A stretch of 64,000 bases of DNA, from the NCBI RefSeq assembly GCF_009914755.1, contig NC_060927.1; one strand, given 5' to 3'. This document shows positions 13,761 to 24,632 of this stretch, piece after piece. This DNA comes from the human T2T-CHM13v2.0 reference genome, Homo sapiens. Each line of letters starts with the position of its first letter. The first letter of the stretch is position 1. A model generated the notes under the pieces. It searched no databases. It saw nothing but the letters and a program-made list of their open reading frames with translations, and had not been told where the DNA came from. A program made the translations under genes and the position numbers.

Positions 13761-14716
13761 GACAGCATTGGTCCTACACAAATGACAACTTCATACACTT
13801 CAACTTAATAGTTTAGCAGATAATAAGTAGTGTGGATATAAATAAGCAGAGTAGAGAGTGAGGGAGTCTTGGGATAGGGTGGGGGTGAAGGAAAGAGCAC
13901 TGGGAGGCAAGGGATATCTTCCCTGGAATGACGTGCTCAGTGTGCTGTGTAGAAAAACTGATAGAGGGAACAGGACTGCTTTCTCCACTGAGGAATGCTA
14001 GCTGTTCAATGAACAGGTGCTCACAGAGGCTTTGAAAAGATAGGCAAGATAAAAACATCTCTTCACAAATTCGTAGTACCAGAAAAGGTGGTTTATATTG
14101 GCTGGCGCAAGCTGTGTGTCTCAAAGATATATCCAGTCTCTTGAATAGCCTGAACATACCACTTCCTGATGAAAAAGGCACAATTCTGAGATTGGGCATA
14201 TCATGATTTTTTAAGTAGATCAAGCAGGGGGATAAGCAACTTGACAGCTAAGAGTTTGGCTCTTTTTCAATGCTTATCAGAGAAAGAAATTAAGCTTATT
14301 TTAAAACCAAATCCAAATTCTGCAACAGAACATGCGTTATACTTCCAAAGCTGACTACTACCTAAAGAGTAGATTGGAAAAGCATTGGCGATATCTCACA
14401 AGTTGAAGCTTTCAAAGTTGATGTGAGTTAGCTTAGCATTTTTTAGAATGCTCAAAATAGACTTCAGTGGAAAACTTCATCATAATTCTGGATCCCTATG
14501 CAGTCTGAAAATCTGGAACTATATAAACGAGCCAACAAACACTCATTGCCATTTCTAAGAGCTTATAATTGTGATAAAAGAATTTCTAATTTAGTAGAAA
14601 TACAAAGAGATGGAACTAACTGAATATGCAATATAACCTAAGACTGCAGCCTTCAAATTGAATATAGACATCTGGGTGAAGCACTGCAAACATCACTCCT
14701 TTTATAGATATAATAC

Positions 14717-14935
14717 AGGGAGCAGTATAGCACCCGGTTAAGAGCTCAGCACCAGCTCTGTCATTTGACTAGCTTCATGGCCTTGAACAAGTTACTTATC
14801 TTTTCCAAGCCTCAATTTTCATCTGGGAATATTCATCATAATACCAACTTCATAGCTTTAATGTGATTATCACCTGGATTAATGAATAAGAAAAGCTTAG
14901 AATAGTACCTGGCATACAATAAGGACTCTGTAAGT
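14717..14935 (+). mobile_element. MIR SINE
   Basis: GCAGTATAGC...GGTTAAGAGC, core CCTTGAACAAGTTACTTA...GCCTCAATTTTCATCTG, 3' GCTTAGAATAGTACCTGGCATA. Confidence 0.75.
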
Positions 14936-15358
14936 AAAAAGACCTTCCAGGTTGTTGTGATGACTTAGCAGATTTGGAGGCATAAAAACCAGTGAGATGT
15001 ACTATGCACTCTGTACATGCAAAACCCTATCACAGTTGAAGACCATACACATCATTCAGTTTGGTACACTAACTCACTTTAAAACCTAATGCAATCAGTC
15101 ACACCTAAGGAAAACAAGGGGTTAAAGAAAATTTGTCGTATAAAAATAAAACAAAGTACTTGAAAATAGCTTGTACTGTTATTTACATGTCCCCTTTTAC
15201 CCTTGGGTTCACTTTTTATTTGCTTAACAAGCAAGACCTTTTGTCATGTCCTTGAATGTTTACAAACTCCAAACGTGTGAAGTTTGGACTATTTAATTAG
15301 GTGTTCACCTAGATATTTAAAGCTTTATGAGACTTCAAATAAGTTTTCCTTACAAGGT

Positions 15359-15813
15359 AGAGTGGTCTGAATGTCTCCAAAAATTCATGTGTTAAAAATA
15401 AATTTCCAATGTGATGGCATTAATACATATGTAACAAACCTGCACGTTCTGCACATGTACCCTAAAACTTAAAAGTATAATTTTTAAAAAAAGAAATGGA
15501 GTCTTTATGAGATGATTAAGTCATGAGGATGGAGGCTTCATGAATGACAGTGACGTTAGAAAAGGGCTTGAGGGTGCAAATTTGCTCCTTCCCTCTCTTC
15601 CACCATGTGAGGATACAGTGTTCATCCCCTCTGGAAGATGTGGCAACAAGGTGCCATCTTGCAAGCAGTGACCAGGCCCTCATCAGACACCAAACTTGCT
15701 GACACCTTGATCTTGGACTTTACAGACTCCAGAAGTATGAGAAATAAATGTCTGTCATTTATAAATTACCAGACTGTGGTACTTTGTTATAACAGTACAA
15801 ATGGGCTAAGACA
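15359..15813 (+). mobile_element. MLT1A/MSTD-like solo LTR, interrupted by a tiny L1 fragment
   Basis: TGGTCTGAATGT start; CCCTCATCAGACACC...TTGATCTTGGACTT; end GGGCTAAGACA. Confidence 0.85.
15423..15492 (+). mobile_element. ~70-bp extreme 3' end of an L1PA
   Basis: ATACATATGTAACAAACCTGCACGTTCTGCACATGTACCCTAAAACTTAAAAGTATAA plus short A run. Confidence 0.9.
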
Positions 15814-16102
15814 TAAAGTCATGCTAATCCATTAAAACCTGGATTTTAGTCAGACATATCTTTTAGTCACATTTTTCTAGGAGGTTTTGCTTTAATTAAC
15901 AAAATCTTAGGCATGGGGTACAGTGAGGTGTAGGGGAAAGAATAGTAGAATAAAGCAATCTGAGCCTGAATTGTGGGTCTTGAACTTTAGGCCTCTGCAG
16001 ATTTGGGGAAGTCACTGAAGCCCTTGGAGCTCTCCTTTCCACATTGAGAAAACAGGTAAAATGTGAAAATATTTTCTAAATTGAAAATACTATGCAGAGA
16101 TT

Positions 16103-16292
16103 CAAGGACACGGTTAGGTTTTGTGAAGCTTATATATACATTAGGGGCCCTCTGTAAGAAAAGTACAGAATTATGAATACAAAATTAGATATAAAAATGT
16201 ATAATGATGTAGAATGAGAAAATAAGTCAAGATAAACTATAAATGTTAAGATGCTGACAAACACCACAAATACGAAATCCAGAAATATAGTA
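16103..16292 (+). mobile_element. hAT-Tip100 (MER115/Zaphod-like) DNA transposon, fragment 1 (5' end)
   Basis: GGTTTTGTGAAGCTTATA...GGGGCCCTCTGTAAGAAAAG...GAATACAAAATTAG resembles the MER115/Zaphod 5' end (recalled). Confidence 0.6.
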
Positions 16293-16296
16293 AGAT

Positions 16297-16336
16297 ACAC
16301 ACACACACGCACACACACACACACACACACATACAT
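16297..16336. repeat. (CA)n microsatellite at the 3' junction of the L1MC
   Basis: ACACACACACACGCACACACACACACACACACACATACA. Confidence 0.9.
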
Positions 16337-16538
16337 TTTAATTATCCAAAGTCCATAGTTTATATTAGGGCTAATTCTTGGTGTTGTACATTCTATGGGT
16401 TTGGACAAATGTATAATGATATGTAGTCAGAATTAGAGTAGCATGCAGAGTAATTTCACCGCAGTAAAAATCCTCCAGGCTCTGCTTATTCATCCCTTCA
16501 CCCTATTGCTTTAACCCCTGGCAACCACTCATCTTTTT

Positions 16539-17050
16539 ATATATATATTACACTTTAAGTCCTGGGATACATGTGCAAAATGTGCAGGTTTGTTACACAG
16601 GTATACAGGTGCCATGGTGGTTTGCTGCACCCATGAACCCATCACCTACATTAGGTATTTCTCCTAATGCTATCCCTCCCCTAGCCCCCCACCCCCGGCA
16701 GGCCCCACTGTGTGATGTTCCCCTCCCTGTGTCCATGTGTTTTCATTGTTCATCTCCCACTTATGAGTGAAAACATGTGGTGTTTGGTTTTCTGTTCTTG
16801 TGTTAGTTTGCTGAAAATGATGGTTTCCAGCTTCATCCATGTCCCTGCAAAGGACATGAACTCATCCTTTTTTATGGCTGCATAGTATTCCATGGTGTGT
16901 ATGTGCCACATTTTCTTTATCCAGTCTATCATTGATGGGCATTTGAGTGGGTTCCAAGTCTTTGCTATCGTGAACAGTGCTGCAATAAACATATGTGTGC
17001 ATGTATCTTTATAGTAAAATGATTTATAATCATTTGGGTATATGCCCAGT
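16539..17050 (-). mobile_element. 5'-truncated L1PA (~510 bp) inserted into the L1MC
   Basis: ORF 16750..16992 (MFIAALFTIAKTW...HMFSLIS); perfect TSD AACCACTCATCTTTTT at 16523-16538 and 17051-17066. Confidence 0.95.
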
Positions 17051-20000
17051 AACCACTCATCTTTTTACTGTCTCCCTTGTTTTGTCTTTTCCAGGCATCA
17101 AATAGTTGGAATCATACATACATATCCTTTTCAGATTGGCTCCTTTCACTTGGTAACATGCATTTAAGATTCCTCCTTGTCATTTCACAGCTTGATAGCT
17201 CATTTCTTCTTAATGCTAAATAATAATTCATTGTCTGGATGAACCAAAGTTTTTTATCTGACATTCAGCTATTGAAGGATATCTTGGTTGCTTTCTAGTT
17301 TTAGCAATTATGAATAAAGCTGTTATAAACATCTGATGCAGGTTTTTGTAGGAAGATAAGTTTTAAACTCCTTGGACAGATGCCAAAGAGCATAATTGCT
17401 AGATTATGTGTTCCTGTTCAGCTTTGTAAGAAACTGAAGAAACTGCCAAATTGTCTTCCAAAGTGGATGTGACATTTTGCACCAGTAATGAATGAGTCTC
17501 ATTGTTGCTTTAATTTGCATTTCCCTGATAACATGTGATATGGAGCATCTTTTCATATGTTTGTTTGCCATATGTATATCTTCTTTGTGAGATGTCTGTA
17601 AAAGTCTCTGACCCATTTTTATATCCAGTAGTTCATATTCTTGTTGAGTTTTAAGAATTCTTTGTATATTTTGGATAATAGTCCTTTATCAAATGTGTCT
17701 TTTGCTAATATTTTCTCCCAGTCTCTGAAATGTCTTTTAATTCTCTTGACAATGTCTTTTGCAGAGCAGCATTTTTTAATTCTAATAAAGTTCATCTTAT
17801 CGATTATTTCATGAACTGTGCCTTTGATGTTGTAGATAAAAAGTCATTGCCATACCCAAGGTCATCTAGATTTATCCTATATTATCCTCTAGGAGTTTTA
17901 TAGTTTTCTGTTTTCCATTTAGGCCTATAATCCATTTTGAGTTAATTTTGTAAAGGATGTAATATCTGCGTCTAGATTCAATTTTTTTGCATGTTGATGT
18001 CCAGTTGTTCCAGTAGCATTTGTTGGAAAAACTATCTTTTTTCCATTGTATTCCCTTTGCTTCTTTGTCAAAGATCACTTGATTATATCTATGTGGGTCT
18101 ATTTCAGGGCTGTCTATTCTGTTCCATTGATCTATTTGTCTATTATTTTGCCAGCACCACACTGTCTTGATTACTGTGTAATAGCTTTATAGTAAGCCCT
18201 GAAGTTGGTTAGTGTTAGACCTCTAGTTCTATTCCTCTCCTTCAATATTTTGTTGGCTATTCCGGGTTTTTTCTCTATATATAAACTTTAGAATCAGTTT
18301 GTTGATATCTACAAAATAATTTGCTGGTATTTTGATTGGAATTGTATTAAATCTATAAATCAAGTTGAGAACTGACATTTTGACACTATTGAGTCTTCCT
18401 GTCCATGAAAATGAAATACCTATCCATTTATTTAGTTATTCTTTGATTTCTTTTTATAACAGTTTTGTAGTTTTCCTTGTAAAAATTTTGTACATATTTT
18501 GTTAGATTAATACCTAGTATTTCATTTTTAGGGGATGTCAGTATAAATGGTTTTCTGTTTTTAATTACAAATTCCACTTGTTCATTGCTGACATATGGGA
18601 AAGCAATTTACTTTTGTATATTAATCTTGCATTCTGCAAATTCACTATAATTGCTTAGTACTTCCAGGATTTTTTTGTCATTCTTTCAGATTTTATGCAG
18701 ACAATTATGTCATTTGCAAACAAAGATAGTTTTACTTCCTTCTCCATTTTTATATATGTCCTTTTCTTGTTTTATTGCACTAGCCAGGGCTTCCAGCATA
18801 ATGCTGAAAAGAAGAGATGAGAGAGGATATCCTTGCTTTGTTCCTGATCTTAATAGGAAAGCTTGCTTCTTACTATTAAGTATTATGTCAGTGTAGGTTT
18901 TATGTAGATATTATTCATCAAGTTGAGGAGTTTCTCATTTATAACTAGTTTACTGAGAGTTCTTTTTATAAATGGGTGTTAAATTTTGTCAAATGTTTTT
19001 TCTGTATCTATTGATAAGATCATGTAATCATTTTAGCCTGTTGATGTGATTGATTACATTAACTAATTTTCAAATGACAAACCAGCCCTGTATATCTGGG
19101 ATAAATCCCACTTGATCATGGTGTATAATTATTTTCATACATTGTTGGATACAATTTGCTAATATTTTGTTGAGGGTTTTAGTAATCATATTCACGAGAG
19201 ACACTGGTCTGTAGTTTTCTTTTTTATAATATCTTTATTTGGTTTGGTATTAGGGTAATGCTGCCCTCACAGAATGAATTAGAAAATAGGGACTTCTACC
19301 TTCTGAAAGAGATTGTGGGGAATTGGTATAATTTCTTCCTTAAATGTTTGGTAGAATTCACCAGTGAACCCATCTGGGCCTGGTGCTTTCCGATTTGGAA
19401 AGTTATTAATTATTGATTCAATTTCTTTAATAGGTTAGGCGTATTCCACTTGTGTTTTTGTGTGAGTTTTGGCAGATTGCTTTCAAGTAATTGGTCCATT
19501 TCATCAACTTTGTTTACCAAATTTGTTTCACGTTATCAAATGTGTGGGCATAGTACTCCTTTATTATCTTTTTAATGTCTGCTGAATCAGTAATAATGTC
19601 CTCTCTTTCATTTCTGCCATTAGTAATTTCTGTCCTCTCTTTTTCTTGGTTAGTCCGGCTAGAGGCTTATTGAATTTATTGATCTTTTCAAACAATCAGC
19701 TTTCATTGATTTTCTCTAGTATGATTTCCTGTTTTTAATTTCACTGGTTTCTGCTCTAATTTTTATTATTTCTTTTATTTGGCTTATTTTGGATTTAATT
19801 TGTTCTTATTCTAGTTTCCTAAGGTGTAAACTTAGATTACAGATTTTCATTCTTTTCTACTACGTGCATTTACTGCTATAAATTTCCCTCTAAACTTTGC
19901 TTTTGTTCTATCCCACAAATATTGATAAGCTGTATTTTCATTTTTATTTAATTCAAAATATCTTTAAACTTCTTTTGCAAGCTCTTTGATTCACCTGTTA

Positions 20001-21411
20001 TTTAGAAATGTGTTGTTTAATCTCCAAGCATTTGGGAGATTTTTCAGATAGCTTTATTATTAATTTATAGTTTAATTCCATTGTGGTCTGAGAGCAGACA
20101 GTGTATGATTTCTATTTTTAAAATTTGTTAAGGTAGTTTATGGCCCAGATTGTGGTCTATCTTGATGAATGTTCCATGTAAACTTCAAATTAATGTGTAT
20201 TCTTCTGTTGTTGGACAAAGTTGTCTACACATGTCAATTTTATCCAGTTGATAGATGGTGCTGTTGAGTTCAACTATGTCCTTACGGATTTTCTCCCTTC
20301 GCTTCTGAAGGATAACTTCATAAGGTACAGAATTCCATGTTGGTCGTCTTATTCTCTCAACACTTTAAATAGTTTACTTCACTCTGCTTGCATGATTTTT
20401 GAGGAGAAGTCAGATGTAATTCTTACTTTCATTCCTTCCACCCCCACTTCTGGTTTCTCTCAGGATTTTCTCTTTATCTTTGATTTTCTATAGTTTGAAA
20501 ATGCTATGCCTAGGTGTAGTTTTTATATTTTTATTTTTTGGCATTTATCCTGCATGGTGTTCTCTGAGTTTCTTGAATTAGTGGTTGGTGTCTGACATTA
20601 ATTTGGAGAAGTTTTATAATTATTATTTTAAATAATTCTTTTGTTCCTTTCTCTGTTTCCTCCCCTTATGATATTTCTATTATGCAAATATTACATTATT
20701 TGTACTTGTCCCACAGTCCTTGGATATTTTGTTCTGTTTTTCTCAGTCTTTGTTCCCTTTGCTCAGTTTTAGAGGTTTTTACTCATATAGCTTAAAGCTC
20801 TAGATTCTTTCTTCAGGTGTGTCCAATCTACTAATAAGACCATCAAAGGCATTATTTCTAGTACAGTGTTTTTTATCTCTAGCATATCTTTTTGGTTCTT
20901 TCTTATGATTTTCATCTCTCTGCTTACATTGCATGCATTTCTCTGTTTTTGAATGCTTTCTACTTATCCATTAGAAATCTTAGAATGTTAATCATTATTA
21001 TTTTAAATTCCTGGTGTGATAATTCTAACATCCCTGCCATGTCTGGTTCTGATGCTTGCTCTGTCTCTTCAAAGTATGTGTTTTGCCTTTTAGCATTTAG
21101 TCTGCCTTGTGGGCTTTTTTTTTTTTTTTTTTTTTTTGATAACAGGACATGAAGTTCTTGGTAAAAGGAGCTGCTTCAAATAGGACTGAGACCTAATCAT
21201 AAGGCCATAAAATGCTTCCTTTCTCCAATGTCGGGGGTACTATCTGGGGGGAAAGGAAGAATTCTGAGACCTATGAGACCTTCTAATCATAGGTCTCAGT
21301 CTCTTAGTGAGCCTATGCCTCTGGACTATGGACTTCACAAGGTCCCTCAGTCCCCCTTAACCACCCCCACCCAAGACACTTACATGGAAGAGAATGCCTA
21401 GAGTGGGCTTG

Positions 21412-21808
21412 TGTATTAGTACATTCTCACACTGCTATAAAGAACTACCAGAGACTGGGTAATTTATGAAAACAAAAACAGGTTTAATTGACTCACAATT
21501 CCACAGGCTGTATAGGTATCATGACTGAGAGGCCTCAGGAAACTTACAATCATGGCAGAAGACAAAGGGGAAGCAAGCACACTTCACATGACAGCAGGAG
21601 AGAGAGAGTGAAGGGGGAAATGCTACACACTTTTAAACAAGGAGATGTCATGAGAACCCTATCACAAGACAGCACTAGGGTTATGGTTTCTAAACCATTA
21701 CAAACTGCTCACATACTCCAATCACCTCCCACGCAGCCCCTCCTTCAACATGTGAGGATTACAATTCAACATGAGATTTGGGTGGGGACACAGAGCCAAA
21801 CCATATCA
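21412..21808 (-). mobile_element. MSTA solo LTR inserted in the L1MC 5' region
   Basis: TGTATTAGT...CCATATCA termini; MSTA-type ACAGCACTAGGGTTATGGTTTCTAAACCATT; degenerate TSD GCTTG/GCTGA. Confidence 0.88.
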
Positions 21809-22393
21809 GCTGAAGTTGACTATTTCCCTTGTCTCCTATGGAAGACTGGAGCTGGTTAAATTGGGTATTTCTCTTCCCCCAGCCAGTTAGGCTCTGTTGA
21901 AATAGATTTTCCTGAGGGTTGGCTTTATTAAAAAGAGGAGAGTGCTCTGATGTATTTAAAACTGGTTTTTTTTCTCCCCCTGCCAGAAGCATGAGGAGAT
22001 TTTTCTCTGTGATATTTACTATGAGAACCTGGCCAAATTTCTGGAGGCAAAACCCACAAAAGTGTGGGGGCCCCTATGACTGGATCCCCCTGGAGGTTTA
22101 ACTGTCGTATTTGTCCACACTGAGATTCTAGCAGCTCATCAATTGCAGTTCCATTTTTTCTACTCTAGCACTGATTCCCATGATGTTTTCTGCTCTGAGT
22201 CTCTGCTCTAGTAATCTGTGACTCCCTGTATTCTCCTGTTTATCTCTCTAATCTTGTGCGCAATGGTTGTCTTGTGTCCTCACTTCACTTATGGATCCCT
22301 GAAGAGTTGATTTTTCAGTCTGTTCAGCTTTTTACTTCTCAGAATAGAGTGGTGACTTCAAACTCCTTCCATATGGAACCAGAAACCAGAAAT

Positions 22394-22497
22394 AGCATAA
22401 TATTTTTACTAATCGAATGCTTAACACACTATTATAATTGTTTTTTCCTACATTTTGGCTCACACCTTTTAAACAACTCTTCAGATAATAAGCGTTT
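22394..22497 (+). mobile_element. MER115/Zaphod-like fragment 2
   Basis: CATAATATTTTTACTAAT...TTTTTTCCTACATTTTGGCT appears to continue the consensus where fragment 1 stops. Confidence 0.5.
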
Positions 22498-22606
22498 TGA
22501 AGCTCCATTGCAAGATGCCTGAATAGGAATAGCTCCGGTCCGCAGTTCCCAGTGTGATCGACACAGAAGACAGGTGATTTCTGCATTTCCAGTTGAGGTA
22601 CCTGGT

Positions 22607-22939
22607 TCATCTCATTGGGACTGGTTGGACAGTGGGTGCAGCCCACGGAGAGCAAGCCAAAGCAGGGTGGGGCATCGCCTCACCTGGGAAGTGCAAGGGG
22701 TTGGGGGATTTCCCTTTCCTACCGAAGGGAAGCCGTGACAGACTGTACCTGGAAAAACGGGACACTTCCACCCAAATATTGTGCTTTTCTAATGGTCTTA
22801 GCAAATGGCACATCAGGAGATTATATCCCGTGCCTGGCTTGGCGGGTCCTACACCCACAGAACCTTGCTCACTGCTAGTACAGCAGTCTGAGAACAAACT
22901 GTGAGGCAGCAGCCTGGTGTGGGGAGGGTCCTCTGCCAT
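22607..22939 (-). CDS. L1 antisense ORF0 homologue, open 110-aa frame
   Basis: MAEDPPHTRLLPHSLFSDCCTSSEQGSVGVGPAKPG... aligns by eye with L1 ORF0 (MAGAPPPASLPPCSLISDCC...); Kozak context GCAATGG; expression unknown. Confidence 0.6.
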   Translation of the reverse strand: MAEDPPHTRLLPHSLFSDCCTSSEQGSVGVGPAKPGTGYNLLMCHLLRPLEKHNIWVEVSRFSRYSLSRLPFGRKGKSPNPLHFPGEAMPHPALACSPWAAPTVQPVPMR

Positions 22940-23539
22940 TGCTGAGGCTAGAGTAGGTAAACAAAGCTAACAGGGAAGCTCAAACTGGGCGGAGCCCACC
23001 TCAGTTCAGCAAGGCCTGCTGACTCTGTAGACTCCACCTCTTGGGGTAGGGCATCGCTGAACAAAAAGCAGCAGAAACTTCTGCAGACTTAAACGTCCCT
23101 GTCTGACAGCTCTGAAAAGAGCAGTGGTTCTCCAAGCACAGTGTTTGAGCTCTGAGAAAGGACAGACTGCCTCCTCAAGTGGGTTCCTGACCCCCGTGTA
23201 GCATAACTGGGAGACACCTCCCAGTAAGGGCCAGCTGACACCTCATACAGGCGGGTGCTCCTCTGGGACAAAACTTCCAGAGGAAAGATCAGGCAGCAAT
23301 ATTTACTATTCTGCAATATTTGCTGTTCTGCAGCCTCTGCTGGTGATACCCAGGCAAACAGAGTCTGGAGTGGACCTCCAGCAAACTCCAACAGACCTGC
23401 AGCTGAGGTTCCTGACTGTCAGAAGGAAAACTAACAAATAGAAAGGAATAGCATGAACATCAGCAAAAAGGACATCCACACCAAAACCCCATCTGTAGGT
23501 CACCAACATCAAAGACCAAAGGTATATAAAACCACAAAG

Positions 23540-24569
23540 ATGGGGAGAGACGAGAGCAGAAAAGCTGAAAATTCTAAAAACCAGAGCACCTCTTCTCCTC
23601 TAAAGGATCACAGCTCCTCACCAGCAATGGAACAAAGCTGGACGGAGAATGACTTTGATGAGCTGACAGAAGTAGGCTTCAGAAGGTCAGTAATAACAAA
23701 CTACTCCAAGCTAAAGGAGGATGTTCGAATCCATCACAAGGAAGCTAAAAACCTTGAAAAAAGATTAGACAAATGGCTAACTAGAAAAAACAATGCAGAG
23801 AAGACCTTAAATGACCAATGAAGCTGAAAACCATGGCATGAGAACTATGTGATGCATGAACAAGCTTCAGTAGCTGATTCAATCAAGTGGAAGAAAGGGT
23901 ATGGTATCAGTGATTGTAGATCAAATTAATGAAATAAAGCAAGAAGAGAAGTTTAGAGAAAAAAGAGTGAAAAGAAACTAACAAAGCCACCAAGAAATAT
24001 GGGAATATGCGAAAAGACCAAATCTACATTTGATTGGTGTATGTGAAAGTGACAGGGAGAATGAAACCTAGTCAGAAAACACACTCCAGGATATTATACA
24101 GGAGAACTTCCCCAACCTAGCAAGGCAGGCCAACATTCAAATTCAGGAAATAGAGAGAACACCACAAAGATACTCCTTGAGAAGACCAACCCCAAGACAC
24201 ATAATTGTCAGATTCACCAAAGTTGAAATGAAGGAAAAAATGTTAAGGGCAGCCAGAGAGAAAGGTCAGGTTATGCACAAAGGGAAGCCCATCAGACTAA
24301 CAGCTGATCTCTCGGCAGAAACTCTACAAGCCAGAAGAGAGTGGGGGCCAGTATTCAACATTCTTAAAGAAAAGAATTTTCAACCCAGAATTTCATATCC
24401 AGCCAAACTAAGCTTCATAAGTGAAGGAGAAATAAAATCCTTTACAGACAAGCAAATGCTGAGAGATTCTGTCACTACCAGGCCTGCCTTACAAGAGCTC
24501 CTGAAGGAAACACCACACATGGAAAGAAACAACCCGTACCAGCCGCTGCAAAAACAAGCCAAACTGTAA
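23540..24569 (+). pseudogene. L1 ORF1p, disrupted
   Basis: ATG at 23540 (MGRDESRKAENSKNQS), premature TGA at 23819-23821 and further lesions; C-terminal KNFQPRISYPAKLSF intact. Confidence 0.93.
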
Positions 24570-24632
24570 AGACCATCGAGGCTAGGAAGAAACTGCATCA
24601 ACTAACGAGCAAAATAACCAGCTAACATCATA

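Larger units (their letters stand above)
16337..22393 (-). mobile_element. Near-full-length old L1 (L1MC1-like) with internal deletions and two nested insertions
   Basis: L1MC-type 3'UTR at 16340-16530; ORF2 remnants (17872..18162 WQNNRQIDQWNRIDSPEIDP; 17404..17616 SHVIREMQIKATMR); ORF2-to-ORF1 jump near 20292; L1M-like 5' terminus AACCAGAAACCAGAAAT ending at 22393. Confidence 0.85.

Noticed and set aside
13813-14223. 136-aa minus-strand ORF (and similar ORFs at 36618 and 41217)
   Set aside because: No recognisable homology or exon structure; lengths are within chance expectation.
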